A stretch of 64,000 nt of DNA from a plasmid. Both the position numbers and the translations under genes were made by a program. Shown here one piece after another: positions 1 to 9,753 of the stretch. The notes beneath the pieces are model-generated. The model did not search any database and was not told the DNA's origin. It was given only the letters and a program-made list of their open reading frames with translations. The stretch is taken from the sequence record NZ_CP014527.1. One strand, 5' to 3'. Within the stretch, counting starts at the first letter, position 1. Each line of letters starts with the position of its first letter.

Positions 1-732
1 GCCGTATAGGTTCCCCCTCTCCTATAACCACTTCGTAGTCATCAGCAGCCTCCACATCACGATACAAGGCAATGACAGATCCAGCTTTCTCGCGCTGACT
101 GAGTGATACACGCCATGACTTCACGTCTTGCAGCTGTACCTCAAGGGTGGGAAGCGGCTGTCCCGTAACGGATATTCCACGTCCACGACGACAAACAATA
201 AGTGCGCCATCAGCCGGTTTGATGACAAGTCCCGTGTCACGGCCGAGCCGGGTCAGAAGATTGATGTCCGACTCATTGACCTGATCAATATGGGGGACCG
301 GGACCTCATCAATATCCGGCGCAATGGCAGCGCGCAGACCATGTTCGCCAGCAATTCTCTCGACAAGGGAGCTCAACCCTGTACCCAATGGCCAAGAGCG
401 TGTCTTCTGGGAATAGAGAGAATGCTTTCCCGTCGGTGTTGCTGTGTGTATCGCGGCTTTGGCCCGGATCAGAAGGCAGCCCGGGGGACCGGAAAGTTCC
501 ATCTCGTCAACAACAAAAAGCCCCATACGGAATAAAGATCCCGTATATCCAAGCCAGACTTCAAGTTCTGCCCCTGAGGCCGGCAAAAGAATGGGCTGGA
601 GCGGATCATGATCGGCCAGAACCAGCTCCAGGGTGTCACTCTGGAGTCCCGCCTCATCGGTCAAGGACAAACGGATCAAACGCTGACGAATAAGCGTTGT
701 AATGTCACTGCGGTTGGCAACAACACGAACAT
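1..732 (-). CDS. phage tail protein D (gpD-like, late control D); 3' end runs off window edge
   Basis: Minus-strand frame is open from about 732 to position 1. Translation (..SWRVSLSQREKAGSVIALYRDVEAADDYEVVIGEGEPIR..) is protein-like. It sits after gpU/gpX exactly as D does in P2-type tail clusters. Confidence 0.4.
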
Positions 733-744
733 CGGGTCTGTATT

Positions 745-963
745 TCAGCTCCACAGACGAATGCCTCCTGCAGAGACAGGCTCGCGGATGTCAGGCAGAT
801 AAACAGTCAGCCCTGCCGGCAAGACTGGACCCCGGTCGGCCAGTCCGGGGTTGGCATCCAGAAGCTGCTCCACACATCGTCCACGACGACGGTCGTAATA
901 TGTCCAGGCGATCAGATCAACGGTATCACCATCACATGTTTTGTACTGAAGAGTTGTCATCAT
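745..963 (-). CDS. phage tail protein X (gpX-like)
   Basis: ORF 745..1011 minus; the likely start is the internal Met (MMTTLQYKTCDGDTVDLIAW..). It has the small gpX-like size and composition and lies between U and D. Stop is TGA. Confidence 0.5.
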   Translation of the reverse strand: MMTTLQYKTCDGDTVDLIAWTYYDRRRGRCVEQLLDANPGLADRGPVLPAGLTVYLPDIREPVSAGGIRLWS

Positions 964-1402
964 ATTTCCTGAGCTTGAGACTAAATGTCTGACGGCGCGC
1001 AACACCGGCACGAGTAAACGTGTCTTGCTGCTCTTCGATGTGTTCTATGACCCATTGTCCCAAAATCTGGCCCTGCCCATCCAGCAACAGCTGAGGCTTG
1101 CCTGTGGCCGCCTGTTCGCGCATGGCATCAAGCTGACTGGCCCCGGAAGCATGAGACCTAGCAAGGCCTTCTGCCGAAAAGCCGGTGCCGGGGGTACGGT
1201 GGGATACATGCTTGTGGGTCGGGAAAATCACGCCGTCCAGCGTAAGCGTGTCTTCACCAAGGCCGGCGAACTGCAAGGCCGCCGAACGGCCAATACGATC
1301 CTGGGTAGACCAACGGTATGCAACAGAGCGTCGAAGAGTTTGGTACGCCGCCGTACTGATACTGAATTGATAAGCACCAAGTTGCATCATGACATCAGAC
1401 AT
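932..1402 (-). CDS. phage tail protein U (gpU-like)
   Basis: 156 aa (MSDVMMQLGAYQFSISTAAYQTLRRSVAYRWSTQDRIGR..). It lies immediately downstream of the tape-measure gene as in P2. Stop is TGA. Confidence 0.6.
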   Translation of the reverse strand: MSDVMMQLGAYQFSISTAAYQTLRRSVAYRWSTQDRIGRSAALQFAGLGEDTLTLDGVIFPTHKHVSHRTPGTGFSAEGLARSHASGASQLDAMREQAATGKPQLLLDGQGQILGQWVIEHIEEQQDTFTRAGVARRQTFSLKLRKYDDNSSVQNM

Positions 1403-1404
1403 TC

Positions 1405-3225
1405 TCAGGCCTCGTAAACCAGTGTGCTGTCATACAGCGCACCCCGGCTGCGCTGTTTCTGCCGACGTTCCATTTCATCAACAATATCCTGCGGATTATG
1501 ATGGGGCTGGGCATTGATCGTGATTGTGTTTGCGTTGGTAACATGATGGGTGGTGCTGGTTCTGGATGCGGCTGTTGCAGGAGCGACGCGCCCGATAGCG
1601 GCGACGGAGCGCTCAAGCTCTGCCGACTGGGAAGCCGGAGGCATAGCAGGGATAGAAGAAGGCAGTGGGGTTAGCTGTGAACCCGGTAACGGAGTATCCG
1701 GAAGAGTGGGTGGTACCTGCGTTGCAGTCTCACCAAACCCGAACAGAGTAAACACAGGGGCCAACACATCTGTCAGCCACTTGACCTTTTCCATGACCAG
1801 ACTGCAAATCGCATCCCACGCTGCGGCCGCACCATCGGACAACCCGGACCAGAGATCGGAAAAGAACGCGACGACAGGCTCCCAGTGAGCAATCAGCAAC
1901 CCCGCAGCCAAGGCGATAGCCGTGATAACAAGCCCCACAGGATTGGCCATCATGGCAATGCCAATCGCCCGAATACCCAAGGCCACAATATTCAGAACCG
2001 GGCCAAGCCCCATCAGGGTTGTTCCGATCACGCGCATGATACCCGTCAACACATTGAAGACCGGGCACACAAGGGTGCCAACTGCACGTAGCACCGCGCA
2101 TGCATCCGTAAACAGGCCAACAACCTTGGCCACCTCGCGAATGGTGGCTACCACTTCCATCAATGGACGGATCCAAGGCATCAGCATGGAGCCCAGTGCC
2201 ATGGCAAAAGCGTCAGCTTTGTTGATCAAGCGCTGAAAGCGGTTATCCAGCGTATCGAGATCAGCCCCTTGTAAAGACGCCACAGGGGTGACGGTAGCAA
2301 GCTGCTCTGTGCGGGCCTGGAGTTGACCGGCACCGGCAGAAGAAATCAAGGCCGACCCCGCCTTGAAAGTATCCGGGTCGGTGCCAAAAAGACGCCCGGT
2401 GAGCTGCTCCCGACCTGAGGTATCAAGGCCGGCCATAGCCTGGCCAAGATCGCCAAGCACATCGGGAACAGATCGCATCTGTCCGGACGCATCCCGCAAA
2501 CCGATATCCATTGCCTGCAACAAAGATGCAACATCGGAAGAAGGATCCGCCAGTCCAGAAATAACATGACCAAGAGCCAAGCCGGCTTTTTCGCCCTCCA
2601 GACTCGCTTCGGCCAACACACCTAGCATTGCAGTGACCTGTTCTAGGCTGGCACCGCCGGCAACTGCATCTGGGCCAACGGTTGCCAAGGCCTGGCCCAG
2701 CAAGGGAACAGCACGCGCCGAATCCCCTGCGGTTTGCACCAGCATGGTCGCCATGCGGGTCATGTCTGACGGGTCAACAGGCATACGGTTCTGGATTGTG
2801 GCAGACAGGGCCATTGCATCAGCGGGAACCATATTACCGGCCTGTGCCATCAGCAACGCCCCGGGCAACGAGGCAGCCGCCTGCCCTTCGACCATACCGG
2901 ATTGGCCCGCAGCATGCAGAGCCTGCCCGATCTGGACTGGGGACCACTCCCCGGAGCGGGCTGTATCAATGGCAAGGTCAGAGAGCCGCTGCGCACCCTC
3001 GGGACCTGCCTGCATCAAGCGGCTGGTTTCCTGAATGACTGTATCGAAATCAACGGCCCTTTCGGCCCACGCCGAAGACAGTGAGAAGAATCCGGAGACA
3101 GCATTTTTCATGACGGATGCAACGCCGGAATCCACTGAGGAGCGAGACGCACCGGCAGAGAAACCCGAGGAGGAAGCAGTCCCCCCCTTCACTGCAGTCC
3201 GGATTGATGGTGCCGCTTGGGTCAT
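1405..3225 (-). CDS. phage tail tape measure protein
   Basis: Long Ala/Gly/Leu-rich ORF with a C-terminal hydrophobic segment, placed between gpE and gpU. The likely true start is MTQAAPS at 3225; the ORF-track start at 3435 would include the E' overlap region. Confidence 0.8.
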   Translation of the reverse strand: MTQAAPSIRTAVKGGTASSSGFSAGASRSSVDSGVASVMKNAVSGFFSLSSAWAERAVDFDTVIQETSRLMQAGPEGAQRLSDLAIDTARSGEWSPVQIGQALHAAGQSGMVEGQAAASLPGALLMAQAGNMVPADAMALSATIQNRMPVDPSDMTRMATMLVQTAGDSARAVPLLGQALATVGPDAVAGGASLEQVTAMLGVLAEASLEGEKAGLALGHVISGLADPSSDVASLLQAMDIGLRDASGQMRSVPDVLGDLGQAMAGLDTSGREQLTGRLFGTDPDTFKAGSALISSAGAGQLQARTEQLATVTPVASLQGADLDTLDNRFQRLINKADAFAMALGSMLMPWIRPLMEVVATIREVAKVVGLFTDACAVLRAVGTLVCPVFNVLTGIMRVIGTTLMGLGPVLNIVALGIRAIGIAMMANPVGLVITAIALAAGLLIAHWEPVVAFFSDLWSGLSDGAAAAWDAICSLVMEKVKWLTDVLAPVFTLFGFGETATQVPPTLPDTPLPGSQLTPLPSSIPAMPPASQSAELERSVAAIGRVAPATAASRTSTTHHVTNANTITINAQPHHNPQDIVDEMERRQKQRSRGALYDSTLVYEA

Positions 3226-3444
3226 GAGCGGCACTTGATCCTGTTTTTTTTTAGAGCTTTTGGAAAAACCGGACTTACCCGATTCCGGCGCCATATCAGG
3301 CGTCGATTCTTTATCACGTATCACGTTTTGGCAAACCTTCAATCCACCATAAAAAAGTGCTGGTCGGCATGCTGCCGATTTCAGACCAGGACCACCCGGT
3401 ATGCGAGGCCAGGGCAATAACCCCGGCACGCACATCGACAGCCC

Positions 3445-3696
3445 TTATTCGGTAAAACCCAGAAAAGCCTGCTGCAACTTTTTGTAATCACGCAGAGAAA
3501 GTTGACGAACCATATCCGGGGTGATTTCACACAAATTGGCGATCATGGCGATTTCCTGGCGAGCGGGGCTGCCCTTAACCTCGCTGGCCGCAATCTGGTC
3601 CTGTACCGTAGGTTCACGCATGCGTACGGTCGTAACCTCGGTCCCGTCCACCATCAGCGGACGATCCAGAACAATATCAGTTGTTTCACAAGACAT
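3445..3696 (-). CDS. phage tail assembly chaperone gpE-like
   Basis: 83 aa, immediately upstream of the tape measure. The downstream overlap region (3226-3445) is open in another frame, consistent with an E/E' arrangement. Confidence 0.55.
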   Translation of the reverse strand: MSCETTDIVLDRPLMVDGTEVTTVRMREPTVQDQIAASEVKGSPARQEIAMIANLCEITPDMVRQLSLRDYKKLQQAFLGFTE

Positions 3697-3776
3697 AGTA
3701 TTTTACCAAAATTGGGAGAAAAGACGACCGGGGGCCGGGAAAACATAGGCGTCCCGACCCATCGGCCGGAACACTG

Positions 3777-4283
3777 TCAGATCGACAAGGCTTGGCGTAC
3801 GCCCTCTAGGCGATCCTCGCCGTTGACCTTGCGGATCATGTTGATGACATCAATCTCATGAACCGCCTGACCACCATGTTCTTCACGGTAGTAATCCAGC
3901 CGCATGGTGATTTTCAGCTCTGCTTTCTGTCCCGGCGTCCAGGCGCCACGGCTGATCTTGGTGATCTTGCCGCGCATGTGGTGCACAACCGGCGTAACCG
4001 TGCCGTCCCAGGATTCCAGAGCACCGCGTACGGTCAACGGCACACTTTTTCCCTCGGCAACGCCGAACAGGGCCAGCACATCGCGGTCGTAGCTGATCAG
4101 GCTGAAGCTGGTTTCCAGGGGTTCCATGCCCATGTCCAGCGTTACTGGCACATCCATGCCACCAGCCCGGAAATCCTCGGTGACCAAGGTCAGTTCCGGC
4201 GCGTTGTATTCGCTGATCTGTCCGGCATAGCCGCGCCCGTCAACGAACAGGTTGATATTTTTCAGAACGTCGCGCGCGGCCAT
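3777..4283 (-). CDS. phage major tail tube protein (FII-like)
   Basis: 168 aa (MAARDVLKNINLFVDGRGYAGQISEYNAPELTLVTEDFRAGGMD..), typical contractile-tail tube protein. Its ATG overlaps the sheath stop as ATGA. Confidence 0.85.
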   Translation of the reverse strand: MAARDVLKNINLFVDGRGYAGQISEYNAPELTLVTEDFRAGGMDVPVTLDMGMEPLETSFSLISYDRDVLALFGVAEGKSVPLTVRGALESWDGTVTPVVHHMRGKITKISRGAWTPGQKAELKITMRLDYYREEHGGQAVHEIDVINMIRKVNGEDRLEGVRQALSI

Positions 4284-5461
4284 CAGTGAAAGGCCTCCTT
4301 GATGTAATCATTGACCAGATGGGAGCGGAACGTAATGTGCTCCGCCGGATAGGGAGGGGTGAAATCGAAGTTGAAGTAGATTTTGCCCTGGGTGATGTTG
4401 GCCGGGGTATTCAGGTCCGGATCAGCCCAGCATCGTCCACCCAGAACGGCACCCAGATTGGTCAGGGTACGCAGGTAGGCATTGACGCCTTCGGTGACAT
4501 CCTGGACATAGGTTTTGGTGATATTCCGGTCCACAGCCCACATGTGGGCACGCTGCAGACTTTCGTTGATCAGGTCGGCAGTGCGGCGCACCGACAGGAA
4601 CGCCCACTTGGGGTCAGCCGACAGGGAGCGGTTGCCCCACAGGCGGTATCCATCCTGACAGATGATGGTGGCAATGCCCTTTTCATTCAGCAGGTTAGCG
4701 CGGCTGGCGGTATCCCCCAGCTTGAAATCAACCGGGCGGGCCGTGCCGACAATGCCATTGACCGGCTGGTTGGACGGCGACCACCAGAAACCACGGTCGT
4801 TGTCGCCGCGGGCGATGATACCAGCTACACGTGCAGATGCTGGACGCACGGCAACCGCGCCGGACTGGTCCAGAACCTTGACCCACGGGTCGATCATATA
4901 GACCCGGGTCCCGGCATTCTGTTGCGCATAGGCCTGGGCAGCCTCGTCAGTGGTATTGGGGCCATCGGCCACCACAATAGCCCGCAGACGGTCGGCAATG
5001 CCTTTCAATTCGGCCACAACCGGGTTGGCCTGTCCTTCTTCAGCCTGGTGGGTGAAACCGGGAGCACACAGGATGCGTGGCGCAAAACCCACCACCGATT
5101 CCGCTCCCAGCAGCGCATGCACGCCACGGAACTGACCACTGGCCGCATCAACACCGCCCACCACATTGGCAAGCGTTTCGGCGTCGGATTTGCCCTTGTC
5201 AACCCGGATCACCACCACCACAGCGCCGATCTGGTCAAAGATACCGTCCAGGGCATCGGGCAAAGACCCGTCGCGGCCGAGTTTTGCGGCCTCGGTGCGG
5301 CTGCCGGTAACCAGAACCGGGGTATTCAGCGGAAAACGATCCGCATCCGCCCCCGGTGCCGTCCCCACAACCCCGATCACCGAAGATCGGACGGTCCGCA
5401 CCGGGCGTGGTCCGGCATCAATTTCCAGAACCTCGACACCATGAAGAAATGTTTCAGTCAT
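4283..5461 (-). CDS. phage tail sheath protein (FI-like)
   Basis: About 392 aa from the internal Met (MTETFLHGVEVLEIDAGPRPVRTV..), recognisable as a contractile tail sheath. Stop is TGA. Confidence 0.85.
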   Translation of the reverse strand: MTETFLHGVEVLEIDAGPRPVRTVRSSVIGVVGTAPGADADRFPLNTPVLVTGSRTEAAKLGRDGSLPDALDGIFDQIGAVVVVIRVDKGKSDAETLANVVGGVDAASGQFRGVHALLGAESVVGFAPRILCAPGFTHQAEEGQANPVVAELKGIADRLRAIVVADGPNTTDEAAQAYAQQNAGTRVYMIDPWVKVLDQSGAVAVRPASARVAGIIARGDNDRGFWWSPSNQPVNGIVGTARPVDFKLGDTASRANLLNEKGIATIICQDGYRLWGNRSLSADPKWAFLSVRRTADLINESLQRAHMWAVDRNITKTYVQDVTEGVNAYLRTLTNLGAVLGGRCWADPDLNTPANITQGKIYFNFDFTPPYPAEHITFRSHLVNDYIKEAFH

Positions 5462-5499
5462 ATGTTTGTTGTCTCGTTTGTGCAGAATAAAAATAGCAA

Positions 5500-6480
5500 G
5501 TTCGGACCATGACAGGCACAAGACAAGAAATCCCCTGGCGGTTTTTCATACCGAATCAAGGCACCAGAAAGAATTTTATGAACAGATGCGGTCAGCTAAG
5601 CTCTCTTGACAAAGAGGATTCCCAAAATCGGGCTGTCGTGATTCAAGCTCGGAATGTGGACGCGAAAAACCCGCGCTCGCGTAGCGCAATCGAGCGGAAG
5701 CTGACACGCTATCCGACCGATCTAACCGACGACGAATGGAATTATATCAGAGATTTACTGCCGCTGGTGGCGCGACGGGGCCGTCAGCGGAAGGTGGATT
5801 TACGCGAAGCGCTTAATGCCATCCGGTACCTGGTTCGAACAGGCTGCGGCTGGCGAATGCTACCCCGAGATTTTTCACCTTGGCAGACCGTGTATTGGTG
5901 ATTCTGAACCGCTGATGCGGCGCTTTCTGTTCGGCACCATCCACGATATCACGTTGATGATCGACCGCGAACGGCAGTGCCGCGAAACGAGCCCGAGTGG
6001 CGGTGTCATCGACAGCCAGTCGGTCAAGGCGCCCGCTACTAAGGCCCGTGGATATGACGCCGGGAAGAAGGTGGTAGGCTCCTGATGCTCAGTCTAACGC
6101 CGGCGGATATCTCGGATTCGGCCGGCGCAAAAGCCATTCTGGATGCGATCCGGAAACGATGGCCGTGGGTCAAGCATCTGTTCGCCGACGGGGCTTACGA
6201 TCAGGGCAAGCTGATGGACAAGGCCGCCGCAAAGAGCTTCGTCATCGAGATCATCCGGCGCTGCGACGACCAGAAGGGCTTCAAAGCTCTACCCCGGCGC
6301 TGGGTCGTCGAGCAAACCTTCCGCTGGATGACGCGCTGGCGTCGGCTCGTGCGCGACTACGAGGCGCGCATTGACGTCTCCGAAGCCATGATCCACGTCC
6401 CGATGGGCAGCCTGATCCTACGCAGAATCTCACATTGAGCCATTCTCAAGCGGTCTATAACGAGGCTATGAGAACCATTT
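5500..6480 (+). mobile_element. IS5-family insertion sequence (boundaries approximate)
   Basis: Transposase ORFs with IS5-family hallmarks (DUF4096-like N-terminus ..[23 protein letters not shown]..; GGVIDSQSVKA; C-terminal ..[22 protein letters not shown]..). Weakly matching inverted ends (agacaag(g)aaat) occur near 5535 and 6470. The element sits between the sheath gene start and the Mor-like gene. Confidence 0.6.
5578..6438 (+). pseudogene. IS5-family transposase split over three reading frames (frame 1 to 2 to 1)
   Basis: ORFs 5509..5901, 5816..6085 and 6085..6438. The second and third are joined by a TGATG stop/start overlap at 6083-6087. Two frame changes suggest a degraded or unusual frameshifted transposase. 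Confidence 0.5.
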
Positions 6481-6648
6481 TCCTTGTCTAGAATCGGAAT
6501 CTTAAACTTAACGCCGCATAATAATAATTATAGTGTAATTATTTAATAATAATTATAATTGCATTACATGCGCATAATATTTTATATATTATTTTATTCT
6601 TATATGTTAGTTAGTATTAACTTTTGCCAATAGCGCGAATGCAATGTA

Positions 6649-7029
6649 ATGGATATTGATGATAGCATAATGGAAATTGCTTCTGTTATTGGGCGTGAGA
6701 AAGCTCTCTACTTAATTGGATCCCTGGGACGATCGGGGAAGCGACCGTGGCGGCTTAATCTCTATATCCCGAGACATCCCGGTGACAGTCATCCCTTGGT
6801 GAAAATACTGGGGAAAGAAGACGCCCTGAGAATGGCCCGCGAATTTGGTGGGATGAATTTGCAGCCTGCAAATGGAAATGCTCTGGTGCGGCGCTTCAGG
6901 TCACGCGAGATACAGCGCCTCGTAAAGGAGGGTAAACCTGTTCGTGATATTGCCAATCTATTCCAGGTTACCCAACGCACAGTTCTTAATGACATGAAAA
7001 ATAATAAAATTTATTATGAAGGTATATAA
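6649..7029 (+). CDS. Mor-family transcriptional activator-like protein (phage late-gene regulator)
   Basis: 126 aa with the ..LYIPR.. motif and a C-terminal helix-turn-helix (..VRDIANLFQVTQRTVLNDMKN). It is preceded by an extremely AT-rich region (6480-6648) and is the first gene of the plus-strand lysis/baseplate block. Stop is TAA. Confidence 0.5.
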   Translation: MDIDDSIMEIASVIGREKALYLIGSLGRSGKRPWRLNLYIPRHPGDSHPLVKILGKEDALRMAREFGGMNLQPANGNALVRRFRSREIQRLVKEGKPVRDIANLFQVTQRTVLNDMKNNKIYYEGI

Positions 7030-7426
7030 TTTGGAAAAAATTACATTTGACTGGGTCAAATACAAAGATTTTTCAAAAATCGATTTTGCATGCAAGTACA
7101 GTCGTCGCTGTCATATGAACGCTGACTTCATGGATCGACTCCAGTCTCTCAGAACCTTGTATGGAAAGCCCATGGTTATCACCAGCGGCTTTCGCGATCC
7201 CTCTCACCCTGCTGAAGTAGGCAAGGCAAAACCCGGTCCACACACAACAGGAAGAGCCTGTGATATTGCCGTGGGCGGTGCCGACGCCCTGCTGTTGATT
7301 CAGCTTGCCCTAGAAAAGGGTTTCACCGGCATTGGCGTTCAGCAGAAAGGGGTTCTGCGTTTCTTGCACTTGGATGACCTGCCCGCAGAGACAGACAGAC
7401 CTCGTCCCTTTTTATGGAGTTATTAA
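7016..7426 (+). CDS. peptidase M15 family endolysin (L-Ala-D-Glu peptidase / D-Ala-D-Ala carboxypeptidase-like)
   Basis: 136 aa with ..SGFRDPSHPAEVGKAKPGPHTTGRACDIAV.., characteristic of M15A phage endolysins. Stop is TAA. Confidence 0.7.
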   Translation: MKVYNLEKITFDWVKYKDFSKIDFACKYSRRCHMNADFMDRLQSLRTLYGKPMVITSGFRDPSHPAEVGKAKPGPHTTGRACDIAVGGADALLLIQLALEKGFTGIGVQQKGVLRFLHLDDLPAETDRPRPFLWSY

Positions 7427-7429
7427 TCC

Positions 7430-7753
7430 ATGCTGGATGATTCAACTTCTCCTAAAGGGATGAAGTCCGTTACTCCCCCTTCTGTTCCCGATCAGGCGGT
7501 ACGTGACAGCTGGATGCCTTCGCTGATGACCTGTGCCCTGATCATCATGGTTGTTGCCCTTGTCGCAGCCTTACTGTGGGTACCAACCCCGTCCGGTAAT
7601 GCTGATGTCATTCATCTGATTGCTGGACAGATTATCGGCGCCTTTGCAACCGCAGTTGCATACTGGCTGGGCAGCAGCCGCAGCAGCCACGACAAGCAAC
7701 GACTGCTGACCCATGGTGGAGCGCCCCTGCAAACAAGGAAAGATAGACTGTGA
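7430..7753 (+). CDS. holin-like small membrane protein
   Basis: 107 aa with two predicted transmembrane helices (LMTCALIIMVVALVAALLWV; VIHLIAGQIIGAFATAVAYWLG), directly after the endolysin. Confidence 0.4.
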   Translation: MLDDSTSPKGMKSVTPPSVPDQAVRDSWMPSLMTCALIIMVVALVAALLWVPTPSGNADVIHLIAGQIIGAFATAVAYWLGSSRSSHDKQRLLTHGGAPLQTRKDRL

Positions 7754-8448
7754 ACAGACAAGACACAAGCATTGATATAGAGCATTTACTCTCCTCAATC
7801 CGGGGAGACATGCAGAAAAATTTACCAAATGTGTCGGTATTTGACGGAGAGGCTTCCGGAGCCTTTTCCTCTGACCAAGGCTTGGCAATCCAGCTTGACG
7901 TTCTTCGGCTGGATCCGGATCGGACTTTTAATCCGGGCACCGAGCAAACAGCGGTTTCCGTGGTTCTACAGGCGACCATTCTGGTTACCAAGAATCAGCT
8001 GCATCCGACACATATTTCCCGCAGCACCGCGATCTCTCTGGCTTCACAAATTTCATGGCAACGCTGGGGATGTCCTGTTGGTCCTGCCGAATTGGATTTA
8101 GTCGCTCCAAAGCCCATTTCCTTGGAAGGGTTTCATCCAATTGCGTGGGCTGTTACTTGGAAACACGCCGCATTTCTTGGACGCTCTCTGTGGGATTCTG
8201 ATCGTATTCCAGCGCGTTTTGTAACGCAGCTTGGTAATGCAGCGTGGCACCCGAAGCAGCCCACTGCAGAGCAGGTACGGAAAAAATTGTCTGTTGTTCT
8301 GGCAGTACCGTCAGAAGACAAACCGGATCAAGAGTGGATTGTTGCTTCAACACCACAAGCCAAGAATGTCCATTATGGCTCTGCTTCGGATCAAGGTGAA
8401 GGATACCTGTCTCACTATCATTCTCTTGAAGAAAAGAGCAAACAATGA
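7750..8448 (+). CDS. hypothetical phage tail-module protein
   Basis: 232-aa ORF whose stop overlaps the next start as ATGA. It lies between the lysis genes and gpV. I recognise no family. Confidence 0.3.
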   Translation: MNRQDTSIDIEHLLSSIRGDMQKNLPNVSVFDGEASGAFSSDQGLAIQLDVLRLDPDRTFNPGTEQTAVSVVLQATILVTKNQLHPTHISRSTAISLASQISWQRWGCPVGPAELDLVAPKPISLEGFHPIAWAVTWKHAAFLGRSLWDSDRIPARFVTQLGNAAWHPKQPTAEQVRKKLSVVLAVPSEDKPDQEWIVASTPQAKNVHYGSASDQGEGYLSHYHSLEEKSKQ

Positions 8449-8927
8449 GCCAGTGGGGAATTGCAGACCTAGAGCGACGCTTGGCCAATATGGTCCGCAT
8501 TGCGATCATTGAGGCCGTAGACCAAACAAACAGGAAAATCCGCGTGACCGCCAAGGGCTTTCTCAGTGCGTGGCTGCCATGGCCTACGGAAACAGGGCGT
8601 AATTTTCGTCGTTGGCGTCCTTTACGTCCGGGGCAACAGGTGGTTCTGGTTGCTCCATCGGGTGATCTGACCCGCGCTGTTATAGCCGGTATGCTTTACA
8701 GCCACAGTCTGGACGCACCCGACAACAACGAAAATCGGGATACAATCCTGTTTGATGACGGAACGTGCCTTCAATACGACAGTGCCGATCATCATCTGTG
8801 TATGACCGTGGGGCAAAGTACTGTCAGCATCAGACAGGACAGTCTTCGCCTGTCATCGGGCGAAAGCTCCTTGCTCATCAATGATGCCGGCATTACCCTG
8901 AAGGGAGCACGTATTGATCTCAACTGA
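8445..8927 (+). CDS. baseplate assembly protein V (spike, gpV-like)
   Basis: 160 aa (..RVTAKGFLSAWLPWPTETGRNFRRWRPLRPGQQVVLVAPSGDL..) resembling the OB-fold spike domain, in the gpV position. Confidence 0.6.
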   Translation: MSQWGIADLERRLANMVRIAIIEAVDQTNRKIRVTAKGFLSAWLPWPTETGRNFRRWRPLRPGQQVVLVAPSGDLTRAVIAGMLYSHSLDAPDNNENRDTILFDDGTCLQYDSADHHLCMTVGQSTVSIRQDSLRLSSGESSLLINDAGITLKGARIDLN

Positions 8928-9432
8928 TACAGAGAACTTGCAGATCCGCACGGTAACTTGGACGCCAAAGCCCGGTACTTTGTTTACACTGCCCGAAACG
9001 TCTGTGCATCTATCACGGAGCATTACCTGCACGGTACGCGATCCAGCTTTTCGTGGTCTAGCCGTAACAGGTTATCACGCATCCTTGGAACCGAAGCTTG
9101 CAACCCTGTCCATAAACTGTACAGCAGGGGCTGTTCATGTAACGGCTAAGCGGCTGCAAGGATCCTTTAATGACATGTGCCTGACCTATCGACAGGGCAA
9201 TACGCTGCTTCAAGCTTATAGCTGGGATGATCTTCCGGCTTCAGGCGTTGATCTGGTGACGTTCCATCCTTCGCGTACCAGGCAGTATGACGGACGCCTT
9301 GTGGTAACGGCATCCTTGTCTGACGGCACAACAGAGCAAGCAACCTACACACTGTGTATTTTCCAAGACTGGACAGCCGGGAGCCTCCGGTTGAGGGAGG
9401 AAATCCATGCCCGCTGTTACCCGCAAGAGTGA
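8914..9432 (+). CDS. hypothetical phage baseplate-region protein
   Basis: 172-aa ORF between gpV and the PAAR-like gene. No recognisable motif. Confidence 0.3.
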   Translation: MISTDTENLQIRTVTWTPKPGTLFTLPETSVHLSRSITCTVRDPAFRGLAVTGYHASLEPKLATLSINCTAGAVHVTAKRLQGSFNDMCLTYRQGNTLLQAYSWDDLPASGVDLVTFHPSRTRQYDGRLVVTASLSDGTTEQATYTLCIFQDWTAGSLRLREEIHARCYPQE

Positions 9433-9694
9433 TCCCTGTACAGGCCACGACCTTTTTCCACCACGAGACAGTACAGAAGGGAGCCCATCGGTCTTTGTCA
9501 ATAGCCGTCCGATACACCGCAAGGGAGACGCGTGGGCGGATCATTGTGATCCCTCTCCATCATGCCATACCAGCACGTTGGCAGAGGGTTCGACCTCGGT
9601 CTTTGCCAACGGTCAGGCCGTAGGGCGGATCGGAGACCCGATCAGCTGCGGCTCAACCGTCGCCGAAGGCTCTCCATCGGTCTTTGCTGGATAA
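9407..9694 (+). CDS. PAAR-domain-like spike tip protein
   Basis: 95 aa with repeated Gly/Ser/Cys-rich segments (..EGSPSVFVNSRPIHRKGDAWADHC..EGSTSVFANGQAVGRIGDPISCGSTVAEGSPSVFAG) typical of PAAR repeats. Confidence 0.5.
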   Translation: MPAVTRKSDPCTGHDLFPPRDSTEGSPSVFVNSRPIHRKGDAWADHCDPSPSCHTSTLAEGSTSVFANGQAVGRIGDPISCGSTVAEGSPSVFAG

Positions 9695-9753
9695 GTAAAG
9701 AGAGGAAAGGCCGCCAGGGGACATGGTGCAGGCAAGCCGGCAGTATCGGCTCC

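Noticed and set aside
4286..5512. 408-aa plus-strand ORF antisense to the tail sheath gene
   Set aside because: High-GC shadow ORF. Low-complexity, Arg/Gly/Pro-rich translation. The opposite strand encodes a well-recognised sheath protein.
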